A stretch of 20,000 nt of DNA from positions 59,728 through 79,727 of the forward strand of contig KZ538417.1 in the NCBI GenBank assembly GCA_000934665.2, in the 5' to 3' direction. Positions within the stretch are counted from its first letter, which is position 1, and each line of letters begins with the position of its first letter. The position numbers were made by a program, and so were the translations under genes. The stretch comes from Catajapyx aquilonaris (lineage: Eukaryota). The notes beneath the pieces were generated by a model that saw nothing but the letters and a program-made list of their open reading frames with translations, searched no databases and was not told the DNA's origin. Below are positions 1 to 9,766 of the stretch, one piece after another.

Positions 1-1
1 T

Positions 2-120
2 TTATTAGCGGTGATTATTAGCACTTGTCGGTGGCTACTAATCGCAGATATTGTTAATAGCGGTGATTAATAGCAATTTTGAGGTGCTTCTAATCGCAGC
101 TACTTTTCAGTAGCTGTGAC
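2..120. repeat. Degenerate ~52-bp tandem repeat (about 2.3 copies visible, may continue left of the window)
   Basis: TAGCGGTGATTA occurs at 6-17 and 58-69, and TAATCGCAG at 39-47 and 91-99, both with period 52. A third partial unit TAGCTGTGA starts at 111. Confidence 0.75.
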
Positions 121-2675
121 CGATTTTTGGAGATCTCGCGTATAAAGGGGGATGCACAACAACTCGTTAACGAGTGTGAAATGTGGGTGGAGTTGGGAGG
201 AGACCAGCCAGCATTTGGCTGCAGATTAACACTGGAAGGTTGTCCCGTTAATTACGCAATAATGGGACAAACCACTTTTGGGTGGGTAGCCGCCTTTCAT
301 CGAGTTTTGGGAGGGGGAGGACATTCCTTATTCATTTGGCGGGGAAAGGCTGCAGCAGCCAGCCCACCCTACTCTCCGCTCGATTTTCCATCCGGTTCCC
401 TCATCCTAACTTGTTGGGTTAAATTGGGTCAGATCTGCCCCCTAATGAGTGAGACTGGGGCAATTTGGCCCCGGGCAAAGGCCCCCTCTCCAACTCCAGG
501 CTGCCTGATTACTCAGACATGCGTTAAGAAGACTGACTCGTTTTGGCCTCTTCCTTGCTCCTCCTATTCCGATATTCAATTTGGCTCAAACATCGCCATT
601 TTCTCGAGGACGAAACCCTTCCCACACCCACCCAACCACCCTTTGAAAATCGCCCAAAATGAAATGATGCTCGTTTTATTCGCTGATATTGGCCCCACGG
701 TTTTTTTGAGAGGAGAGTTGCGAGGTTTTCAAAGGATAGGAGGGAGGCTGGGGGGAGGATAACATGGTTATTTGCATACAACTTTGTTCAAGTCGACGAA
801 GGGCCCAACAATTGCGAGCGGTATCGGCCTGAGCCCCGAAATATACTGGAGCGAGTGAGGGTAATGGAAAAGTACTGCATTTACTTTTTGCGAGACGATC
901 AAAGGATGAAAATTTTAAAGCCCGATTGACTTCATCACTTTCTTTTCAAATATTGGCAGGTTATATGATACAATATTTGGAAAATGGAAATTTTGGCAAT
1001 TTTGGCCAATTTAGTAATATTTGCACAAGTAATAAATTTGTACTCATAATATTAGAAAATGTACAATATTAGTAAAGGTATACCTTTCCACTTCGACGTT
1101 GTTTCATCCTGGCATGATGCAACCCAAGAAACACGCTTTGCATTTTGGAATATTTGGACATTTTGCAACAGTTGGAAGTTTGCAGAGACGAAATTGTGAT
1201 TTATTTTGATAACTAAAGCTAGAGTTTGCATTTGATTGCCAGGAATGTGTGCGCTTTATGCGTGAAGCATTTCGCAATATTTTGCATGGCTCGTCCTGAA
1301 ATTTTGTGCAAATGTAGGCGATTTAACACATGCTTGCACAAGGAACTTGCATGCGGGCAAAAACTTAATACTGTGTCCTGTGTTTGTCGCCCTTGAATGC
1401 CGGCCATGAGCCATTTTGCATCCTGAAAAGTGAATTACACCACATTCCTTACCACAATTTACGAACATGTGTCCTCAGGCGTATTTTCCGCAAAAACTTT
1501 TCTTCATACACAGCACTCTTTTGTCATCTTTTTGCAAATTCGCAGGCTTGCTCTGATTACAATTTGTTTAATAACAATTAGGGTGCGGTCAATATTTGTT
1601 CTTGAAACCACCTGAGGCAAAGTAACTCATCATGTTAAAATTGGCAGCTCATGCAATTAGTTTAAAATCTTCAAGATGGACTATAAACCCAGCTGCTGAC
1701 TGAGCTCCGGCGGTGCTGCAATCCATTTACTTAAAGACAGAGTAATCTCGTGTTGGCTCATACTGCTGATCAAAGACAAGTCTGAGATGAATTTCTGGAC
1801 AGCACTATTTTGGCACAAACATATTATTTACTCTCAGAAATATCCGTAGCTCTTACTCTAATGATTTCGCGCAAAATTTTTGCGAATAAATTATAATCGG
1901 TCTGGATCCAGAAAGTGTAATTTTTTCTGCCTCCATGTTAGATACTCCTGTGCAATACTCCAGCACTAAATCAATGGAGCTGACACCGGGTGTTCATTTC
2001 GTTAAAGGAGGCTAAAGGAGCTGGCTTTTTTGTTACGAAAAGATAGCACTTTTCGCAGTTAAGAGATCAGCAGGCGTAAATCACCTGTGTAGTGTCAAGC
2101 CTGGAAATTGCAGACTTTTGAACCCTTTTCTGGCTTTATGCTAGGGTATCGGGTGTCGTCGTCCGGCGTTCAATTTGCGAACCAATTGGCGGGGAGGGGC
2201 TGCAATGTGAACGCGTGCAAATTGCCTTTTAATGGAACAATGGAGTGGAGGAAATACTTTACAATCCCCGCAGGTGCCAGGGGAAATTCCGGCTCAAATT
2301 CCGCCGAACAAACCCAGCTAGCAGCATGCAGGTCCGTGCAAATCCTTTTCCTTTTTTTTCTACAAGCTAGAGCGAGAACGGAAAGTCCGCTTGATTCAGC
2401 CTGGAGAAAAGCCCTCCCAGTCCTGTTTTCCAGAACAAGCCAAAAGCTTCAGGCTCCCACTGATGCTTTCCAGTCCCATGCTTCGATTCAAGCTGGAGAG
2501 AAAGACCTGGTTGTGTGCAAGGGGTTAAATTTCCTATATAGGGAACCCTCAGGGGACCGTTCAGACGCCCCCGCTTTCCGAGGAGACAACCACGACAGGT
2601 GTCATATCAACTGTGGAGAGGCCTCCAGACACTATTTCGCCTTCATGAATATTGCGAGAGGACTCAATTTCAGAT

Positions 2676-2759
2676 ATGACAATGCTGTGAAAGACGGCTT
2701 TTTTTCAGGCGGCCAATCAGCTTGAGCTATCCGCTCTGAGTGGCCAACAGCGTTGCCAT
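2676..2759. repeat. Nested inverted-repeat module, copy 1 (probable MITE relic)
   Basis: Outer arms are ATGACAATGCTGT (2676-2688) and ACAGCGTTGCCAT (2747-2759). Inner arms are GGCCAATCAG (2711-2720) and CTGAGTGGCC (2736-2745). It shares CTCTGAGTGGCCA..CAGyGTTGCCAT with copy 2. Confidence 0.5.
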
Positions 2760-2916
2760 TTAGAGGAAGAGCATATGCCTTGTTTTAATCACATTTTCTG
2801 TTTTCTGAGAATGTGATATCAGTATATCCTACACCCTACACAATGATTCAATAGTACAGTAGGCTACCTAGAAACTTTGGCTTGTAGGAATCACCTTGTC
2901 CAGTGTGCAACCGAGC

Positions 2917-2987
2917 TGGCAATGCAGCACTTGCACTGGCCAATCCCAAACATGTTTGCTCTCTGAGTGGCCACCGCAGTGTTGCCA
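2917..2987. repeat. Nested inverted-repeat module, copy 2 (probable MITE relic)
   Basis: The order TGGCAATGC ... TGGCCAATC ... CTCTGAGTGGCCA ... GTGTTGCCA matches the motif order and symmetry of 2676-2759. Confidence 0.5.
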
Positions 2988-3800
2988 TATTGAGCCAGCC
3001 CTCATTTCTAATTGCACGAAGAGTGTCAGCATGAGTGGTCAGGATTATCCATGCCGTTGGGCGTAAACAGGGCAGGTGTGTGGAGGATATGGGTATATCC
3101 TGACATTTGGCGCAATTCCCATGCCTTAACTAGACTGCAGAGGGGCTCGAGGATGGGTAAAAATATCTATCTCTCTCACTTTGTCGTTTTGCAACTCATC
3201 TCTGGGGAGTTTCATTTTAATCCGTGTGTCATCCATAATGGAAAGAGTTGGTATCCTGGGCAAGGGGTTCGATCGGAATGGGATGAAGGTCCGGTTTTTT
3301 GGGGGGGAACATGAAAGCACCACATGAGTTGGGATTGGTTGGAGGAGCTAAAAAAAAACGAGTATGTAGAGCGGAGATAGGGGAGTGAGAGTGTGTAGTA
3401 TATGTGTGGCGGGGGTATGTCATGCGTCACGCACCATAGCCGCATGCGAATGGAGCCCCGTGTTACTATTAAAAGAGCCTTCACAAACACGGGTACAAAG
3501 TGTGGCGGACACGACATATGCATTTGGCAACATTAACCCCCACGGTTGCTGTCATGTAAATGTTGAGATGACCGTGCACCGACGAGCCTTGTCCCGGATC
3601 AGAGTGCCCGCTTTGATTATTGTGTGTCTGATTAAATGGGCTAACCGCCGGAACAAGTTGGCCGAGCAAATGTTTTTAGAGTTGTTTTTTTTTTTACTGT
3701 ACGTGGGGGTTGCGGGTACGGAGCAATGTCCGACCTTATTTTTAGGTCGACTTGAAGGATAGAAAATTTCATCAAAATTTGGCAGCTAGTGTAAGATTGT

Positions 3801-3835
3801 TCTTAACTGAATATTTCTTTCTCTTGCAGGTAAGT
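3801..3835 (+). other. Recursive splice site (ratchet point): 3' splice site directly abutting a consensus 5' splice site
   Basis: The sequence is TCTTAACTGAATATTTCTTTCTCTTGCAG|GTAAGT. It has a branch-like CTTAAC (3802-3807), a pyrimidine tract with no intervening AG, CAG at 3827-3829 and a perfect GTAAGT at 3830-3835. Confidence 0.7.
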
Positions 3836-3900
3836 GTTGTCGGCCATAACTTCGTTGCTCAAGGGGTTCTCCATGTGGAATTTTTTTCCAATTTTGTCAG
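3830..3900 (+). other. Cryptic 71-nt recursive-splicing exon ending at a second YAG|GTAAGC junction
   Basis: It begins after the CAG acceptor at 3829 and ends at TTTTTTTCCAATTTTGTCAG|GTAAGC (donor 3901-3906). Its 71 nt are not a multiple of 3, and TAA stops occur in two of three frames. Confidence 0.6.
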
Positions 3901-6900
3901 GTAAGCAATTTTTTGACAGTACTTTTCTCGTACAGTACCAGTATTATTTAACAAAACGAAGCAGCAATTCCTCCAGTTCTCTCGAGTTACAGTCGGTATA
4001 TAGCAAAAGAGAGGTGGTGCTCATCGATTCCTGGGAATGGGAATTGGTGAAATGGTAGCTTCATCATCATCAAGCACCAATTTTCCTCTAGAGGAGCATT
4101 TGGCGAATTGGTTTCTCGATTCTCGCCTTGCACAAGTCAGCCCTGTCTTTCTCTACAAAGAGTACAAAAAAAAAGATCAGGACGAGGTAGAACTGGAGGC
4201 GGGAAAAAAATAAGTGGTAGGGAACTTTTGGGAGCAACATTTTTTTTCTCTCTTACTCTCTTCCTAAGGGCCAGAAAACAAACGGTGGGAAGGAATCGGT
4301 TTTGGTAGCAAATGTATAGCCCCTGCTTGATGAATTCATTGGGGAAATTTGCCACCAGAATGCTCATCAGATACGAGCTAAATGGATTCTCCGCAAACTC
4401 TCATTGAATTGAAGCCACGTCGACCTCAGAGAGCAAGCGAGAAGAGTCTGAAAACTCAAAAATCTGGGTCGGAGAACATGTTGTTGGGCGTGGAATAAAA
4501 AGAATGTGGAAGTGGCTCCCGAAGGCTCGTCTAAACTGTCAGTTGGGCGAGGTTGGAAAAGTGATCAATCATCTTTTCCAAGAGGAAGTGAAATGAATGC
4601 TCCTGACTTTCAGTCTGCTTTTCAACTACACGGCTTTTGCAAATTGCCAGTCGCGCCTCTCACCTTGCTAGTTTTTTTTCTTCAAATTAATTATTATGAG
4701 CAATGTTTTTTTGGGGGTTGTCTTGTCTTGTATTGTCAGAATTGTGCTGCTTTAGTGTCACATGCTTTGCCAACCACCGAGTTGTTGTCGAGTGGTATGA
4801 GAGTTTGCCGCTTCTCAAGTATATGCCTGGAGAGAGGGATTATTCCACTCCTCCAAATAGGGATTAAAAGTTTACTTTTCGACAACCACTCTTTCCTTTT
4901 AATAGGGCTAAAAGTCTAGAGAGCCCGCAACCTACACGAGGAATCAACTATTATTTTGTACCGGTACGTAAAAAATTAATATAGGGCCAAATTTTTGTCC
5001 CACTGTTAAGCAGTACCAATGTTTGGGAGTTGTTACTATACTAAGTTAGCAGTACAGTAGTGGGGCGAACGACGAAAATTCCATCCATAGGCCTACATTT
5101 TTTTATTCGCAATACTCGTTACTATGGGACAAATTGGTCAACCATCTTTTGGGTCTGTCCAATCAGGGATCTTGACGTCCTTAAAGTTGGAAAAACGAAA
5201 CCAAAGTGTATCAGATTCGGCCATTGCCAACCGGATCCTTCCTGAGTCATCATTAGACCACACAATCATTTTCACTTTAGAACTTTACGACAGCATTCTA
5301 AACGCGGATCTTTCGAAGCAGCTAGGAGGCACCAAAAAAAAGTACAGGGAGTATCCCTTTTCGATGAAGAGGTCTCATCTCTTTCCTGGATAAGAAAAGA
5401 GGTGGAAAAAAAGGTTGATTCGGTTGGTGCGAAGAGGTTGACCCGATCGTTCCTGGAGGCTTCCGGAGGGTCCGTTTCCATCACAATCGGCCGCTCAGAG
5501 ACGATTGCAAAGCGATTGGACCAGTCGACTGGAGCCACACTGTAAATAGATGGGAAGGGATGGGGAGTGGGAGACCACAAAAACCAAGCCTTGTTCAGCA
5601 GGCAGGGAGATAGAGCCATGGATCACAGATCAGAATACGACCGGATATATCAAAGAATAAGAAAAGAGAGAGAGGAATTCGTGAGGCTGAATATATTTTT
5701 TGGCTGCACCCCAAAGATCTCAACAATACTGTTAAAGTATGATTGCATTTTGATGTGATGATAATGATGGGGAATTGTTGTTAGTCTCTACTTTATTGCC
5801 AGAACCTGCGCATTGAAAAGTGAAAGCGGTTTGTATCCTTAGCGCTTTAATTACCTTATAAATCAAATTTCATAAGTCTCGCCGGAACCCTTTTTTGCAA
5901 GCGGTTTTTTTTAACTGCTCCCTCCTCCCTCAGGCTCTGAACCCATTAAAGTTCGATGCAGGCATTGACTAAAACCCGTCCTAAAATCTGGTTGGCAGAA
6001 CAGAAAACGTGTCATCGCATTATAATGAAACGGGGCGTAACGGCACACTTGCCAACCTTGTAAGTGGCAGTTGACCGTTTAAGGCGAATAAATATCACGC
6101 TTTTGTTTCCAAAATTTACGGGCCCGTCCCATCATATATATATAGCTCTCCGGTTTTATAAATGCGAGTTTGTAGCCTACCCCTCCCCCCCCCCAAAAAC
6201 CCAGCCATCTTTTAGTGTCCCCCACATTTCATGATCCATTTCTAAGCCTCGGATTCGGAGGCTGTAGAAAAGCAATTACGCGTCCCAGTGATGAAAGGAA
6301 AAGCGTCCACTGTAATCACCTCTACTGCGCCAAATATTGTCACCTCCAATGGCCACCATAACCTGCTGAAATATTTTAAAATAAAAATTATAAATAGAGT
6401 ATATTTTTCTGGTGGTGACGTCATACGTTGCGGACATAATTATTTTTCGGTTGGAAGACCCTGTGTCCCCACACGATGCAAATGGGTGTGACAGATTGGG
6501 TTACGCGGAGGTGAGGCGGATCAAAGTGATGTGCTCAAATTGCATTGGGCGTGATGGATTTTTTTTTTTTAAAGTTATTTATTTTTGCCATCACGCGTTT
6601 AAAAAATATAACTGGCAGGTCGACCGGAAAATGGGAAGTTTTTTAAACCCCCTATCCTGGGATCCTGCGTGTATGATGGAGAGGATCATACGCAAAAACG
6701 TGTGTGCCAATCAACAAAATGGAGCGCAAATTTTTTTTTTCGCTGAGGCATATTCGCACGTTCAAATTCGATGTGATCGAGTCAGTGGACGGTTGAAGCT
6801 CGCAAATTTTATTACGGTTCAGGTCAACTAACCTTGTCAAAAATTTGCACACCCTCCGAGGTGCATGTTCGCGTTCTTCGTTAAAATTAAAATCCACTAC

Positions 6901-7183
6901 CATCAGACACTGAATTAAGTACCAGCAGTATTGTATTTTTAAAAGATCCCTGCACTTGCTCAATCAATGCCTATACATATAAGGTGCCACACAAAAATTC
7001 GTAAAGATTCCATGGCTTCAGCAAGCTTCCAAATTATACGACACCGGGCGTGTGGAACCTTTCAACCCACGGCTGATCGATAGTGTGCCGAACTTGCCGG
7101 TACCGCCTCCATATTCATGACAGCCTGAAAATAAAAAGTGAAAAACGGCCCCGGTTTTTTGAGGGGTGGGTGGGTGAGTAGGT

Positions 7184-7206
7184 GAGAGAGAGAGAGAGAG
7201 AGAGAG
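7184..7206 (+). repeat. (GA)11 microsatellite
   Basis: Uninterrupted GA dinucleotide run read directly from the sequence. Confidence 0.95.
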
Positions 7207-9670
7207 GCTGTGGGGGGGACATGGGAACCAGTGGACCGAGAGGTCGAGCCCATGCACGCGGATACGTTTTCCACTCGTAAATCTCTCAAAAACTGCGAGG
7301 ATTCCCATCCCACTGATACAGAACTGAGCCATAAACCCTAGTTTTTTTTTGCGAAGATAGAAACTGGCCGGTGCAAAAAAAATTGTAGCAGGGTGTGTGA
7401 ATTGGGTGTTAATTTGAACGCTTGTTAAAAATCCAGGGACTTGGTTGTGAGTCAATTGGTGCGGCATCGATTCTTCTTGTCCTGTACCCCAGCAGATAAT
7501 CGTGGAGACTCTGCTTCATGTCCAGGCCTCATTCGGTGTCGGATCGTTTCGAGTTGGGGGCGTCCGAGTGCGTGCTTGCCGCTGATTGACGCTGCTCGAG
7601 CGCGACAAATTGTCGGGTCAAGTGTCGCCACAGGCGTTTGATGGGCTGGAGGACACCTGAAGAGCATGTGTCGGATGTCTTTTTTTTCGGTTTGTAAACA
7701 AACCGCTCATATTTTTTTTATACGTTGCCAAAATGTCACTCGCTCGTTAGCAACTTATTAGCAAGAGTTTGAGGAATTTCGGATGCGGATCTTTCCCTCG
7801 GGTACGGGCTCTTCGCCCAGATTATCATCATTTATGCTCCAGACTCCTGCAATTTAGGCGCAGAATCTCCGCCAATGTGATAGATGCTCTTTCGATCCCA
7901 GAGTTCTGCATTATTATATTATCAGGTACGGAATAAGATTCATTACCTGTCACGCTCATGAACCTTGCGGATTTTTGTCTGATTATTTAAATCATGAAGA
8001 CGTATAGAGTATATAGAGGGACCAACATGTGAACAAAATTATTTGTGTCAAAATGTCATAGGTTAAGGTATTATTTTATCAAAATGTGATAGCTTGATGG
8101 TACTTTTTTTCCAATATAATTTTTATTCTCTCAAATTAGACGTAACCGCTCCAATCGTCTCTGTCGTCCTTCGTTAGCCTTCGAGAATAAAATCGGATGA
8201 ATCGGATGTGTCAATCGAACAAAAGGATGGGAAACGCGCTTTCGAGGTCTAATGATCAAATTAAAAGGTGGGTTGGATCCAGTTCAGACGGAAATTCGGT
8301 TCAATTAGCAAGTCAGTCCTATATGCACGAAAAAAGTCTGAAAATCATTGCAAGTTTAGCTCTAATAAAACCGCATTAGAGTGACACATTTTTGGGATAA
8401 AAATTTACACTCTGTTCTCCACCCACTTATTGCAAACTATACGAGAGCTTATTTCACTTAGGGCTATGCGGTTTTTGCACCGATTTTTTTTTACAAACTT
8501 CCAGTACTTTTTTTGTTAGTTGCGTTGCTGGGAAGCTCTCGTGATGCAGTATAATTCGATGATGTAGGCCTAACAGGAAAAAAGGGTACATCCCATAATT
8601 GTGGGTCCCCCCTGGGCTGTCGACCACCGTTAAAACAGTTGGCAATTATGGTTTATGGTTGCGGAATTTCTCTCGCCAGGGAACAACACTGCTATTCAAC
8701 TAATAATACTAAAGGCTGCCAGTAGTTGTTTTTTGTTGGTATAGCCTCGGGCCTATTTGCATTAAATTATTCACGAGAGTGACCTGACAAAAAATGTGGG
8801 GGCCTTAATGGCACTCGGATGTTTCTTTTATAATAAATGCCTTCGGGAGGGACGTTTATTGTGCGGGGAAAAAATAATGGGTGGTCTTTCTATTGAATTG
8901 TTGTACACTCTATTTGAAAGTGCATCCGATTATTTTTACTTTTTTAAAAAATTTGCTACCGACCAACAAGGCTGCATTTCAAAGGTTATGTGGATTCAAA
9001 TTTGTGTGGACAGGGTCCGGCCTGTAGGTGTTAAAACTCGGGTTCGTAATGGACCAGTAAACGTCAGTGCAGTGAAAATTTTAGGCAACTTCTGCGAGAG
9101 CCATTGGATGCAACGCGGGACATTTACAGGCCAATCCTGACGTTCGGCGTGTGATGACCATCATATCAAAGGCTAATAGCATAACCGACAGGGAACTGGC
9201 GACGTGTATGTTGCATTTATTTTTATTGCCACGTGCTCTCCCAAAAATTATGCCCCCACATTTTGTCGAGTGTATGATGCAAAAAGCACAGTTAATGAAG
9301 ATGGCCTCTAGCAGCTGGGCGAAATAATTCGTCTTTTGTGGAGTAAATGCATTGCTTCATGAACATATGTACTATGTAACTCTGAGAAGTTTAGAATATT
9401 TAAGCACGGGCTGCAAATGTCCAGACTTCTGTTTGCTTTTGTACAGTATAACAAGCCTGCAGTTTCCATGTAGTTAAACGGTATTTTTATATTCAAAGTC
9501 TTGTGTACATAGCTTGCGGGGCGAAGTACAGTATCACAGCAGCTGGTGGTTTACCTTGGGAAAATTTGGAAACGGTCGCGGTCCTTAGATGCGTTAGACG
9601 GCCCCAAAAAATTGGCATAACGTGCTGGCCACAGGGGCAGATAAATATTCATAGTCGTCAATGTCACTAA

Positions 9671-9766
9671 GGCCTGTTTACGCCCTTACGATTTAAGCCT
9701 CGGTCGCACGATCAGACTCTTTGCGACCGACCGTCTGGTCGTGCGACCGATGCTCAAATCGTGAGG
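9671..9766. mobile_element. Palindromic MITE-like fragment (possible PIF/Harbinger-type end)
   Basis: 34-bp inverted arms at 9684-9717 and 9733-9766 (30/34 complementary) surround a 15-nt loop that holds another TGCGACCGA copy. Upstream TAA|GGCCTGTTTAC resembles a TWA target site plus a G-rich TIR. No matching right TIR was found nearby. Confidence 0.5.

Noticed and set aside
141..149. TATA-like TATAAAGGG
   Set aside because: Isolated motif with no other support for a transcription start.
426..471. 15-bp imperfect hairpin GGGTCAGATCTGCCCC / GGGGCAATTTGGCCC
   Set aside because: Short, driven by G/C runs, and without supporting context.
127..762. 211-aa + strand ORF
   Set aside because: It starts at a non-ATG codon, crosses G/C homopolymer runs and has no recognisable domain or convincing exon boundaries, so it is likely a chance ORF.
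162..1087. Perfect 14-bp palindromes ACTCGTTAACGAGT (162-175) and AAAGGTATACCTTT (1074-1087)
   Set aside because: About one such palindrome is expected by chance in 20 kb (20000/4^7).
3059..3071. 13-bp reverse-complement match to the TIR-like sequence at 9673-9685
   Set aside because: The two face outward so they cannot bound one element, and several 13-bp matches are expected by chance in 20 kb.
3265..3276. GGTTCGATC resembling a Pol III B box / tRNA T-loop
   Set aside because: No T-stem, cloverleaf or properly spaced A box.
3774..3790. AAAATTTGGCAGCTAGT resembling the Helitron 3' end at 15501-15528
   Set aside because: No subterminal hairpin precedes the CTAG.
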